Below, piece after piece: positions 1 through 9,969 of a stretch of 32,000 nucleotides of DNA. Numbering within the stretch: the stretch's first letter is position 1; the number at the start of each line of letters is the position of its first letter. Origin of the DNA: an uncultured archaeon. GTDB lineage: Archaea > Iainarchaeota > Iainarchaeia > Iainarchaeales > JAAZKV01. The notes beneath the pieces were generated by a model that saw only the letters and a list, made by a program, of their open reading frames with translations, was not told where the DNA came from and ran no database searches. Location of the stretch: assembly GCA_964551375.1 (NCBI GenBank), contig CAZKBG010000001.1, positions 420,001 to 452,000 on the forward strand, given 5' to 3'. The position numbers were made by a program, and so were the translations under genes.

Positions 1-484
1 AAACCTTCTTTCCCTCTTTAAGAAACTGGACAATTTTTATCTGAAGCTGGGTTAAATTTCTCAAAGAATCAATAAACATTACTCCGTCAAAATCTTCTGC
101 GTTTGAAATGCTTTTTGAAACGCAGTCAATTACAAAAAACTTCTGATAAACGCCTGATTCGCTCAAAATAGAAGCAACCCCTTTGTAATTTCCGTTAAAA
201 AGAACCAGCACCGGAATTTCGCCGTTTTGAATGACAAGCTTTGAAAGCGCTGCAAAAAGATCCCTTGAATTTGTTACATCGCAGGAAAAAAGCGCCTGCC
301 CTTTAAAAGAAGCCGGAAGCTTTGACTTAACTTCAGTCAAAATCTTTTCAGGACCCAAAAGAGAAGAAAATGCGTCAAATTTAGCGGACTGTTTTGAAAC
401 TTCAGACGCGGTTGTCTCGCGATTTGATAAAATCGCCTCAAAAGCCTTTTTCTGCTCGTCAGTCAAAGTAAAAGATGATGCCAT
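1..484 (-). CDS. hypothetical protein, possibly degenerate RAD55/KaiC-like (partial, runs off window)
   Basis: Open minus frame from ATG at 484 to the window edge: MASSFTLTDEQKKAFEAILSNRETTASEVSKQSAKFDAFSSLLGPEKIL... Alternating beta/alpha pattern resembles the 11181..11744 protein. No Walker A motif visible. Confidence 0.55.
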   Translation of the reverse strand, partial: MASSFTLTDEQKKAFEAILSNRETTASEVSKQSAKFDAFSSLLGPEKILTEVKSKLPASFKGQALFSCDVTNSRDLFAALSKLVIQNGEIPVLVLFNGNYKGVASILSESGVYQKFFVIDCVSKSISNAEDFDGVMFIDSLRNLTQLQIKIVQFLKEGKKV

Positions 485-663
485 GCAAGAGAAATATGAC
501 TTAACTTGTTAATAAATCTAAAGTAGCGAAAAAAGATGGATAAATTTAAAATAAACTGAAAAAATCAAAAAAAATCCAATAAATAACTCTGCAAAAACTC
601 CATAAAGCCATCTTTATAAACAAGAAAGAAGTAATATTGATTGAAAAAAAAAGCGTGAACTTG

Positions 664-3045
664 ATGGGGTTATTCTCTGGAAAAAAAGAAGCCAAAGGCG
701 GCCTTGGGGAGATAAAAAACCTGACAATGGGCGCAAATAAGGCTGATTCGGGCAATAAAAATGAGGAGAAGTTAGTGTCAAGCTCCGTGGATAATGATGT
801 AAAACTATTTAAGGAACAGCAAAAAGCAGCAGAGAACCAGTCAATCGAACTTGATAAAGAAAAAACAAGCCTGTTTGAAGAAGCTAAAGCGCCAAGCGCG
901 TTTGACAAACTGCGAAATCTTTCAAACACAGTAACTGAAATCCCTAAAACAAAAACAATCACCACTGAAAACTTTTCAAAACCCGTTGTAAGCCAGCCCG
1001 CTCCTGAAAAAGTGGTGCCGACGAATGTTGGATTTGAAATTAAAAGAGAAGGAAATGCTCCAAAAATAATAAAAGAAAAAAATATTGCCAGCGCGCTTGA
1101 AACCCAGAGCACAAAAACTGACGCTGGGGATAAAAAGGACGTTTTCTTTGACTGGATGAAACAACCCCCAATTGATGCTCCGCTTGCTGATGATTTTAAA
1201 GAACAAAAAGAAGCCCCTATTGTTAATGAAGAAATTAAAATCAGCGTTGATACGCAGCTAAAGACTCCTATTGACGAACTTTTCAATACGCTTGAACAAT
1301 ACCCTATGCTTGATACTGGAAGACTCGCAGAGCTTTCAGGATTATCCTCTGAAATGATAGAACAAATAGCAAAATTGTTTGAAGAAGACGGGGTAATTGA
1401 AATAGAATATCCTGCAAGCCTTACAAAAAAACCAATTTTGAGGCTGAAAAATCCGGTAACAAGCAAAATAAACAAAGTGCCGAATGGAAAAGTGCTTGAA
1501 GAGTATCTTCTTGAAGTGGATTATGTTCCTGCAAAAATAAAAATAATACTTGCAGCAGGAGAAGCAAGGCCGATTTATGCTGTTGAGCTTCCTTCAATTG
1601 GAAAATACACTCTGCGGTTTTTGCAGTTCATAAAAGATGAAGTAGCAGAAACAATGCCGATTGATCTTGAAGAAATTGTCGACCCTAAAAAATCAAGAAA
1701 ACTAAAAGAAAGATTCTTTAATGAATTAAACTCTCACATGACAAAATACTTCCCGACTTCCCCAAAAGAAATTATCAGCATGCTTTCAGGAGTACTACTT
1801 CATGACATGTACGGACTGGGAAATATTGAACTAATAATGGGAGACGACATGCTTGAAGAAGTAAGCATAAACTCTTCAAAAACACCAATCACTGTTTATC
1901 ACAGAGTACAAGGATGGCTAAAGACAAACCTGCAGCCTGGAACTGAAGAAGAAATCAATAACTTATCCTCGCAAATCGGAAGAAAAATCGGAAGGGAAAT
2001 AACAGTTCTAAATCCAATACTTGATGCGCACTTATTATCAGGAGACAGAGTTAACGCAACCTTATTTCCAATCTCCGCTGAAGGAAACACCATAACAATT
2101 CGAAGATTTGCAAGAAAACCCTGGACAATAATTGATTTTATTGGAAAAGCGCACACAATGAACTCTGAAATGGCCGCAACACTGTGGCTTGCAATGCAGT
2201 ATGAATTAAACATTCTAATCGCAGGGGGAACAGCATCAGGAAAAACAAGCGCGTTAAATTCAATGCTTGCGCTTGTGCCAACATATCACAGAATACTAAC
2301 TATTGAAGATGTAAGGGAAATAGTGCTTCCAAAATATCTTGAATGGAACTGGGTGCCAATGGTAACAAGATCCTCAAACCCTGAAGGGTTAGGAGAAGTA
2401 ACAATGCTTGAACTAATGGTAACAAGCTTGAGAATGAGACCTGACCGTATAATTGTGGGGGAAGTAAGAAGAAAAAAAGAAGCAGAAGTACTAATGGAAG
2501 CAATTGAAACAGGACACAGTATTTACTCAACACTGCACGCTAACTCTGCGTACCAGGTTCTTAGAAGACTCGCAGAACCGCCAATTAATATTCCACTAAT
2601 GCAAATTGAACTAATTGACTTAATTGTAGTACAGTACCGTGACAGAAAAACAAACAAAAGAAGAACTTACGAAATTGCAGAAATTGAACAAACTTCAACC
2701 GGACAGGGACTCCAAGTAAACACAATATACAAATGGATTCCAAGAACTGATTCATGGGAGAAGTTAAATCGGCCAATAAAACTAATTACGCTATTAAACA
2801 TGCACACGGGACTAACTGAAGAAGAAATCGGCAGAGAAATACAAGACAGGCAGGAAATACTTGAATGGATGCAAAGACAAAACATAAACGAACTTGACAT
2901 AATAGGATTTTTAGTAAAATTATATTACTCAGATGCGAACATGATAAAGAAAATGGCAAAACAAAACACTCCATTTTCAAAAATAAAAGAACTGCTTGAC
3001 GAAGATAACAGACTGAATGAGGAAAATCAGCCAATACAACTGTAA
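664..3045 (+). CDS. type II/IV secretion (type IV pilus / TadA-FlaI-VirB11 family) ATPase with long acidic N-terminal extension
   Basis: Walker A-like [25 protein letters not shown], and [40 protein letters not shown]-type motifs. ORF opens at 637 (TTG); the ATG at 664 is the more likely start. Confidence 0.93.
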   Translation: [793 protein letters not shown]

Positions 3046-3060
3046 AAATGTGGTGAAAAA

Positions 3061-3963
3061 ATGGCAAACAAAAACAAAACTCCGGTGCTAATGCTTTATT
3101 CAGTAGAGAATGCAAAAAAATTCAGCGAAAAATACTTATTCATCGGAAGATTTCTTTCAAAAATAATATTTTCATTAAAATATGACCTGCAAAAAGCAGA
3201 AATTGATTTGGATGTTGAAAGATACTGCCTTGCAGCACTCATCTCGGCAAGCCTCTACGGATTAATGTTTATTTTTGTAGGAATGGCATTTGGAGCAATA
3301 ATTACCCGAAGCTTTGGAACACTGACAATAGGAATAATGGCAATAGCAAGCATTGGCTCATTTGTAGGGGCCCTAATTTTTCACTTATTTTACCCAAAAA
3401 TCGCATCATTCCAGTTAGCAGGACTTGTAGACCAAGACTTGTTATTTGCATTAAGAACAATGCTAATCCAGTTAAGCTCAGGAATAAGCTTATTTGAAGC
3501 AATGAAAAATGTTTCAAAATCAAGCTACGGACAGGTGTCAGTAGAATTTGCGCTTGCTATTAGAGATATTAATTCAGGAGTAAGCGAAACAGCCGCTCTT
3601 GAAAAACTTGCATTTAGAACAAAATCAGAGATCCTGAAAAAAACCGCTTGGCAAATAATTACCACAATGAGAAGCGGGGGCTCAATTGTAAATGCGCTAA
3701 ACTCACAGGTTGAGACGCTGGTTGAGCAGCAAATGGACGCAATAAAGTCATACTCTGCGGAACTAAACCTCTGGACACTTGTTTACTTAATAATTGCAGC
3801 AGCAATGCCTTCACTTGGAATAACATTTTTGGTAATTGCATCATCCATCGGCGGAAGCGGAATAGGAGCGGAAACAGTAATACTAATAATAGTAATGTCA
3901 ATTTCTGTACAGGTTGCCATGATTTTACTAATCAGGTCAAAAGTTCCAAAGGTAGTGAAATAA
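3061..3963 (+). CDS. type II secretion system F-domain (TadB/TadC/FlaJ-like) membrane protein 1
   Basis: Located directly after the ATPase. Multiple TM helices and the T2SSF-like pattern DQDLLFALRTMLIQLSSGISLFEAMKNVSKS. Confidence 0.85.
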   Translation: MANKNKTPVLMLYSVENAKKFSEKYLFIGRFLSKIIFSLKYDLQKAEIDLDVERYCLAALISASLYGLMFIFVGMAFGAIITRSFGTLTIGIMAIASIGSFVGALIFHLFYPKIASFQLAGLVDQDLLFALRTMLIQLSSGISLFEAMKNVSKSSYGQVSVEFALAIRDINSGVSETAALEKLAFRTKSEILKKTAWQIITTMRSGGSIVNALNSQVETLVEQQMDAIKSYSAELNLWTLVYLIIAAAMPSLGITFLVIASSIGGSGIGAETVILIIVMSISVQVAMILLIRSKVPKVVK

Positions 3964-5025
3964 ATGTTTGCAGGACTCTCATCAATATTTGGAAGCCTCC
4001 TACCAAGAGAATTTGTTGAGACACAAGTAAAGGTTGCGCTTCAAAGAGCAGGCTCAAAAGACGACCCACGCACATGGGTAGGATTAAGAGTATTCATTGC
4101 AATTTTAACCGGAGCAATGGGCTTTCTTATCCCATTTAGTGTTTTCCCTCTTGCTAATATTTTGTTTAACGCTAACATTTACTTTGACCTGCCAATTCGA
4201 ATCGCGCTAATGATTGGATTTGCACTTGCAGGATTAATGGGAAGCTTGGTGATTTTTTATCTGCACATATCATATGTAATTGACGGAAGAAAAAAAATGG
4301 TTGAAAGCATACTTCCTGACTTTTTATTCCTTGTCGGAAATAATTTGAAAAGCGGAATGGCTCCATTTTATGCATTCCGCTCAGCTGTGCGCCCAGAATT
4401 TGGACCACTGAGCGAAGAAATCAAAATTGCCACTCAAAAAAGCTTAGGAGTTGAATCATTCTCTGACGCGTTAAAGCAAATGGGGGAAAGAATTGATTCA
4501 AAAATACTTGAAGACACAACAAAATTCTTCGGACAAGCACTTCGCTCAGGCGGACACTTGGCGCAATTAATAGAAACAACAGCGCTTGATATTAAACAAA
4601 CAAACAGATTGAAAAAAGAACTTGTAACTTCAACAAAAATGTACACTATGTTCATTTTATTTGTTGTAATAGTTGCTTCCCCAATGCTCTTAGCTGTAAG
4701 CGTTGAATTTTTGCATATTCTTGGAGGCATAAGTGAAAAAACCGCAGGAGTAAGCGGAATGACTAACGCAGCAATATCAAAGCAAACTGGAATGGGCTTA
4801 ACCGCGGGAGCAGTATCAATCACCCCTGACTTTATGCAAAACATAGGATACTTTATCATTCTTGTCAACTCGCTCCTTGCGAGTGTGTTTATTGGAATAC
4901 TTGGCGGGGGAAAAATAAGAGACGGACTCAAATATGCGCCTGTAATGATAATCGCAGGACTTGTGCTATTTGTTGTCTTCTTAACTCTTGTAAGCGGAGT
5001 ACTAAAAGGATTCAGCGGAGTATAA
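3964..5025 (+). CDS. type II secretion system F-domain (TadB/TadC/FlaJ-like) membrane protein 2
   Basis: ATG immediately follows the previous stop. LPDFLFLVGNNLKSGMAPFYAFRSAVRPEFGPLSEEIK and TM helices are typical of T2SSF proteins. Confidence 0.85.
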   Translation: MFAGLSSIFGSLLPREFVETQVKVALQRAGSKDDPRTWVGLRVFIAILTGAMGFLIPFSVFPLANILFNANIYFDLPIRIALMIGFALAGLMGSLVIFYLHISYVIDGRKKMVESILPDFLFLVGNNLKSGMAPFYAFRSAVRPEFGPLSEEIKIATQKSLGVESFSDALKQMGERIDSKILEDTTKFFGQALRSGGHLAQLIETTALDIKQTNRLKKELVTSTKMYTMFILFVVIVASPMLLAVSVEFLHILGGISEKTAGVSGMTNAAISKQTGMGLTAGAVSITPDFMQNIGYFIILVNSLLASVFIGILGGGKIRDGLKYAPVMIIAGLVLFVVFLTLVSGVLKGFSGV

Positions 5026-5116
5026 TTAAATAGCGGCTTATTAATAAACTCAAAAACCCACAAATCAGCTATAGAGTATAATAAAACTTCTTTACGTATG
5101 AATCCTTCGCAATAGG

Positions 5117-5124
5117 TTTAAATA
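5117..5124 (+). promoter_or_regulatory. archaeal TATA box for the major pilin gene
   Basis: TTTAAATA about 49 nt upstream of the start codon; strong Shine-Dalgarno AAGGGAGG just before ATG 5173. Confidence 0.6.
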
Positions 5125-5172
5125 CTACCCAGATATTATTGTATCAATAAAACTTCAAGGGAGGTAGTAAAA

Positions 5173-5634
5173 ATGATTGCAAAGAAAGGACAGGGAACAA
5201 TCGAATACTTGGTAATCATAGCAATTGTAATTGTAATTGCTTTGGTAGTTGTTGGATTGTTATTACAGATACTTCAGAACAGCGGAGGCGCAGGAGATTC
5301 AGCAGCGAAAGCTACTTGGAAATCAGGCTCACCGTGGGGAATTAGCGACTGGGCTTACGGTTCAGACGGTAATTTAACTTTAGTACTTGTGAACAACTCA
5401 AGCGACACATTAGAATTGAATAATGTTGCAATAACAGGCGGAACATACAGAACAGCTTCTGTAACAACAGTTCCACCAAGCGGAGGACAGTCAATAGTAA
5501 AAGTTGCTATTACATGCACAAGCGGCACAAAAGCAGCTTTCAAGAAATCAGATGTATCAATTGACTATAACTCACCATCAATCGACAACAAGACACAAGG
5601 CGGAGCAGCTGACATTGTAGTTAACTGCCCATAA
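5173..5634 (+). CDS. class III signal peptide-containing pilin (probable major pilin)
   Basis: MIAKKGQGTIEYLVIIAIVIVIALVVVGLLLQIL: K-G|QxxxE peptidase site followed by a hydrophobic helix; immediately downstream of the assembly genes. Confidence 0.92.
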   Translation: MIAKKGQGTIEYLVIIAIVIVIALVVVGLLLQILQNSGGAGDSAAKATWKSGSPWGISDWAYGSDGNLTLVLVNNSSDTLELNNVAITGGTYRTASVTTVPPSGGQSIVKVAITCTSGTKAAFKKSDVSIDYNSPSIDNKTQGGAADIVVNCP

Positions 5635-5650
5635 AAACCTCCAATTTTAA

Positions 5651-5693
5651 TTGAAGAAGAGCCAAAAGCTCTTCTTTCAATATATTTTTTTAA
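5651..5693 (+). terminator. hairpin plus T-tract downstream of pilin gene
   Basis: TTGAAGAAGAGC-CAAAA-GCTCTTCTTTCAA inverted repeat (at least 9 bp) followed by TATATTTTTTT. Confidence 0.65.
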
Positions 5694-5809
5694 TTTATTC
5701 CCTTGTGAAAAGAGTCCCCTATAAAGTAAGCGCTTTACTTCAATTATAAAAAAAGCAGAGGGGTTGATGAAGTAAATCAAAAAAAAACAAGCATAATTTA
5801 ACAGAGCAT

Positions 5810-6661
5810 TTATCTGTAAATTGCAATCAGTGAATTAGAATCAAACCTTGCATCACTTATTTTAATCCAAGAATTCCACTCAACAGGCATTATTTTTTCA
5901 AGCAGTTTAACCCGAAGAGAATAATCAATCTTTTCAGTGCTGTTTGTAAAAATCTCTACCCCAGCATCCTCTCCTGTTGACACAGTCCCAAATGTCACAA
6001 GCATATTTGAGTCATCGCTAAATACAAGAACAATGCTTGAAGCGGAGTTTAAATCAAGAAGCTCTGAAACTAAAAATGCATTTGAATCTCCAGAAAAATT
6101 AAAATTCACTGAAGAACTGCCGATAACAGGGCCCGCAGTCCATAAATAATAATTCAAATCCTTCCCAGCCCTGATGTTTAAGTCAATTGAAGATAATTCC
6201 CCATACCCGTTTTTTGGAGCAAATACAACTGATTTAGCGGAATAATTATTTCTAAAAACATAATTAGCGCCAGTATTGATTTCTGCTGCGCCGTCTGAAA
6301 GGCTTGTTAAGTCAGTGCTTTCAACCCATGCGTTAGAAGGAAACACCTTATTTGAAATAAAATCTGAATAAGACGATATTATGGAAGAATAATTTAAACT
6401 TCCTGAAACTGAGCCGTTAAACTCCAAAACCCCGTTGCCGTCAGCGTAAATTGAGAGCCCAAAAACCCTCAACAAATCATATGAAACATCATCAATCAAG
6501 TTAGGCACAAACACCGCTTTTGAAGAAAGAATAATCTGTTTCTCGTTAACAGAATTATTATTCGCATAAGTCTGGGCAAAGAACAAAAGAGTTGAAGCGA
6601 ATAAAATTATTGAAATGGTGAACAAAAAGCCCCTTGATTTATGGTTTAGTTTAAAAGTCAC
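5810..6661 (-). CDS. exported/pilin-like hypothetical protein
   Basis: N-terminus MTFKLNHKSRGFLFTISIILFASTLLFFAQTY: basic-G-F followed by one hydrophobic helix and an extracellular-like domain; start overlaps the upstream stop. Confidence 0.7.
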   Translation of the reverse strand: MTFKLNHKSRGFLFTISIILFASTLLFFAQTYANNNSVNEKQIILSSKAVFVPNLIDDVSYDLLRVFGLSIYADGNGVLEFNGSVSGSLNYSSIISSYSDFISNKVFPSNAWVESTDLTSLSDGAAEINTGANYVFRNNYSAKSVVFAPKNGYGELSSIDLNIRAGKDLNYYLWTAGPVIGSSSVNFNFSGDSNAFLVSELLDLNSASSIVLVFSDDSNMLVTFGTVSTGEDAGVEIFTNSTEKIDYSLRVKLLEKIMPVEWNSWIKISDARFDSNSLIAIYR

Positions 6662-7089
6662 TTAACCCACCCCTCAATTCTTGCGACAAAAAATGAAACA
6701 CTATTGCCGTCATTCACAACAAAACTCCTCTCAATTGAAGCAACCTCGCTTGCATTTTTAACACAGCCTGTTTTTACTGCATGCACTACTGGAAGAGAAG
6801 TAACTGGATTAGTTATTGTAACTTCAAAGCAGACATTCATAGCGCTCTCATTGAGCTTTGACAATAAAGCATCGCTTGAAGACTGGTTAACTGAATACTC
6901 AAGCGTCATTGTTTTTTCAAGAACAGCAGCTTCATCATTAACAATATTTCTCAAATCAATTAAGTTCCATGAAGTAAGCGATACTTGGGAAAGATAAAAG
7001 AAAGAAATAATTATGAAAAGCAAAATCAGGGTAGCGCCCAAAAATGCGTCAACTGTAATCACAAAGCCCTTATTATTCACATAAATCAC
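6658..7089 (-). CDS. pilin-like hypothetical protein (degenerate class III-type N-terminus)
   Basis: MIYVNNKGFVITVDAFLGATLILLFIIISFF; 4-nt overlaps with both neighbours. Confidence 0.7.
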   Translation of the reverse strand: MIYVNNKGFVITVDAFLGATLILLFIIISFFYLSQVSLTSWNLIDLRNIVNDEAAVLEKTMTLEYSVNQSSSDALLSKLNESAMNVCFEVTITNPVTSLPVVHAVKTGCVKNASEVASIERSFVVNDGNSVSFFVARIEGWVK

Positions 7090-7622
7090 CCTGCGGAAGA
7101 AAGAATTACCTCAAAAATTGCATTTGAATTATTAAAAATAACAAGCCGCTTGTAAGAAAATTTAAGCTTTGGATTTGTTACAACCCTTCCCCCTTCAACA
7201 GGAGCTCCATTATACACTATTGTCGAGCCGTCAGAATCCGAAAGCCTAAAATACAAATCATAAGCCCCGAGTCCAAGCTTTACTCTCGTCTGAAGATAAG
7301 TTACATCATTATTCAAAAGATTTGCAAGCGCAACAACTTTCCCTGATTCAATAACATTAGGAGAAAAAGAAAGCCCTAAGAGAGAAACATTAGCAAAATC
7401 AAGAGTTTCCCAATTCCACGGCTCTCCGCTTGAAAGAAGCATCGAATTCATTGCTAAATGCGCTGATTCATCCGCAAGCTTTCTATCCTCAAAAATTGCC
7501 ACATCATTAAACACTGCGTTGCTTGAGCTGAAAAAAACAAGAAGCGCAAAAACAAAAACCGACATGGCAATCATAAGGTCAGGAGAGAAAAACTGTCCTT
7601 TATTATTCAAAAAATCACCCAT
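7086..7622 (-). CDS. pilin-like hypothetical protein (degenerate class III-type N-terminus)
   Basis: MGDFLNNKGQFFSPDLMIAMSVFVFALLVFF; ORF opens at 7643 but ATG at 7622 places KGQ near the N-terminus and overlaps the upstream gene's stop. Confidence 0.7.
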   Translation of the reverse strand: MGDFLNNKGQFFSPDLMIAMSVFVFALLVFFSSSNAVFNDVAIFEDRKLADESAHLAMNSMLLSSGEPWNWETLDFANVSLLGLSFSPNVIESGKVVALANLLNNDVTYLQTRVKLGLGAYDLYFRLSDSDGSTIVYNGAPVEGGRVVTNPKLKFSYKRLVIFNNSNAIFEVILSSAG

Positions 7623-8022
7623 TTCGAACAACAACCTTTCCATTTTCTTTTGAAAAAATAACCGTGCCGCTCGGCTCGCTTGTCAAAAGCTCCACTTCCT
7701 TTGCGACAAAAGGAACGCTCACTTCAAACTGCCCCTCATACACCACAACTGTGCTCCCTTCTATTGCAATTCTTCTCGCCCCGCCGCTCCATACTATTGA
7801 ATCAATAATCATCGCGTTGTTATCAAACAAATCAGCATTGCTTATGTCCCTTGCAATTCTAAACGCCACATCTTTTGCAATCCAGTTTGTGGTATAAGTA
7901 TAATTCATATCCATTCGGTCCTGAAAAATCGTAACGCCGAAAATAAAGACAAATAAAATCATAATAATTGTGACAATGAATTCCATAGTCACCTGCCCTT
8001 TAATGATTCGCGCTTTTACCAT
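7615..8022 (-). CDS. class III signal peptide pilin-like protein
   Basis: MVKARIIKGQVTMEFIVTIIMILFVFIFG: K-G|QVTME site plus hydrophobic helix. GTG at 8031 is an alternative start. Confidence 0.8.
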   Translation of the reverse strand: MVKARIIKGQVTMEFIVTIIMILFVFIFGVTIFQDRMDMNYTYTTNWIAKDVAFRIARDISNADLFDNNAMIIDSIVWSGGARRIAIEGSTVVVYEGQFEVSVPFVAKEVELLTSEPSGTVIFSKENGKVVVRNG

Positions 8023-8033
8023 AAACACCACTA

Positions 8034-9899
8034 TTATGAAACAACCCTTGTATAAGAAATATTAACATCAATTAAAATCGGAGAAATATTTGAGTCAACT
8101 GTGTTAAGCACTGCGAGATACTGGACATATCTTCCGTTTGGAACTGAGAGCACAACAGGGCTTGTATTTCCAGCGTTAAACCAATCGCTCCATACCGCGC
8201 CAAGAATGCTTGAGCGGACAAAAATATTTATGTTGGTATCCGATTCGCTGCCCCCTCCTTCAAAGGATTTTGCCCACGCTATAGAATCAAATTCCGCGGA
8301 GCCGAGCAAATCAAACTCCCTTGAGTAAAAGTTTCCGTCAAGAGAATAAACTCCCGCATCCTGCAAAAGCAAAAGCCCGCCAGCGCTTGAAGATACATTA
8401 AAATCTTCCGCCCCTATTGCTGAAGAGAAATTATTCTCTGAATTATCAATAACACTATTCATCGGGTCAAAAATTCCTGACCAATAATAAGCCCCTCCTT
8501 TTGAGAGGAAGCCTGCTTTGAACTTTTCAGAATCATTTTTAATATTTCCATCAAAATTCATGTCAAGAATTCTTGAAGTGTTAAAAATAAAATTAAAATC
8601 ATCCACATCAGCCCAAATACCGGCCGGAATGCTTGAGGACGGAGGAAGCAAATCAACGCCATTTAAGTACATGTGCGTCATGTTTGAATCCTCAAGGTCA
8701 TTTGAGGACAAGAACAGCACTTTATCCACCAAAATATTTGAATCATTGTTGAACACATTCCCGTCAGCAATAGAAAAACCATCTTCTGATACTATTGCGC
8801 TGCTCCAGTCAAAAACAACCGTGCTTGGAACAAGATTTTCAACCACAATAAAATTTATTTCAGACATTGCATCAAGCCCGGCTGATTGAACTCTTAAAAT
8901 CCCGCCATAAGTTCCTGTTGAAGCTGGAGGAATTAAATTTAATTCAAGGGTTTTGCAGGAATTTTTAGGCAAATCGCCAATGCTTTTTGGAAATACATAA
9001 TTTGAAGCCGCGCCGCTGATTGAAATCAAAGCCGAAGCAAAATCCGAAGTTGAATTATTGCAAATAATTACTGAATCAGAAGAATTCAAAGACACCTGCG
9101 CATAAATATTTTTATCAACAGGATAAAGCCCAAGCTTCTTTTGGGAAGAAGCGCAGAAAACATTCACTGGAAATGACAACGGAGTATTTGCACCCGCAAC
9201 CGGAGCGAAATTTACTATTCCTGAATAAGAGCCGAAAGAATCGCTCCCGCAGGATATTTCAAAATTCAACAAAACATTTTCATCAGCGTTAAGAGTAATT
9301 TCCCCCGCATCAATTGAAGAAACAACTGCCCCGCTTCCACTGACAGGGAAATTAATTGACATGTCATAAGTTATTGACTCTTGAGAATAATTAGTAAACA
9401 ACACTCCCGCTGATTTTGACTGGGACTGAATAACTGTTTCTGAAATGCTTGCAGGAACAAAACTTGCTTTTGTCACTGAAACGTGAACAAAATCGTTAAA
9501 TGAAGTGATAACAAAATTAAACGAGCCAGTGGTGTTTGGCCAAATTCCCCTAACATCAATTTTTGTTGAAGCAGTGTGATCGGTTCCCGCAACGCTTAGT
9601 ATAATCGCCCGCCCGCTGATAAAAGATTTGTTTAAATCAACCCCTTCAGGCATGGGAAGAGTAATGCTTCTCACTGTTCCAGGCCCCAAAAAATATGCAT
9701 CATCCACTTCCTTGGCAAGGGCTCTTACCGCAAGCTCTGCTGTGTTCTGCTGCTGCTGGGCATAACCGTAATTCATCTGCTCATAAACCATTGTGACAAG
9801 CGCTGCAAGAATAAAAATCCCAATAGCCATTATCATAAGGGATTCAATGGAAGTCTGTCCAATACGCCTTTTCACATTTTTAGCCGACAAATAAATCAA
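8034..9899 (-). CDS. large class III signal peptide protein with repeated CARDB/NEW1-like beta domains (minor pilin/adhesin candidate)
   Basis: MIYLSAKNVKRRIGQTSIESLMIMAIGIFILAALV: G|QTSIE site; 621 aa of Ser/Asn-rich beta-type sequence with recurrent FGSYSGIV/TYGGILR segments. Confidence 0.8.
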   Translation of the reverse strand: MIYLSAKNVKRRIGQTSIESLMIMAIGIFILAALVTMVYEQMNYGYAQQQQNTAELAVRALAKEVDDAYFLGPGTVRSITLPMPEGVDLNKSFISGRAIILSVAGTDHTASTKIDVRGIWPNTTGSFNFVITSFNDFVHVSVTKASFVPASISETVIQSQSKSAGVLFTNYSQESITYDMSINFPVSGSGAVVSSIDAGEITLNADENVLLNFEISCGSDSFGSYSGIVNFAPVAGANTPLSFPVNVFCASSQKKLGLYPVDKNIYAQVSLNSSDSVIICNNSTSDFASALISISGAASNYVFPKSIGDLPKNSCKTLELNLIPPASTGTYGGILRVQSAGLDAMSEINFIVVENLVPSTVVFDWSSAIVSEDGFSIADGNVFNNDSNILVDKVLFLSSNDLEDSNMTHMYLNGVDLLPPSSSIPAGIWADVDDFNFIFNTSRILDMNFDGNIKNDSEKFKAGFLSKGGAYYWSGIFDPMNSVIDNSENNFSSAIGAEDFNVSSSAGGLLLLQDAGVYSLDGNFYSREFDLLGSAEFDSIAWAKSFEGGGSESDTNINIFVRSSILGAVWSDWFNAGNTSPVVLSVPNGRYVQYLAVLNTVDSNISPILIDVNISYTRVVS

Positions 9900-9969
9900 C
9901 TCTAAAGAGCATTATATTAACCAAATTGAGCTTTAAAATAGTTTTTAGAGCGAAAAAATGGCTTCTTAA

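Noticed and set aside
231-512. 93-aa plus ORF
   Set aside because: Antisense to the better-supported partial minus CDS 1-484.
546-1475. 309-aa minus-strand ORF
   Set aside because: Antisense to the secretion ATPase extension; Ser/Phe/Leu-rich composition is typical of antisense shadow frames.
1899-3115. Cluster of minus and plus ORFs inside the ATPase gene
   Set aside because: All overlap a strongly supported CDS and show no recognisable motifs.
4434-5063. 209-aa minus ORF
   Set aside because: Antisense to the second F-domain gene; low-quality composition.
5755-5810. GATGA sequence as another C/D sRNA
   Set aside because: Contains TTGATGA but no well-placed CTGA boxes or C'/D' pair.
7660-7680. 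GC-rich ccgtgccgctcggctcgcttg resembling the gatE insert
   Set aside because: Explained by coding sequence of the 7615-8022 gene (TSEPSGTV); no real identity with the 55-nt insert.
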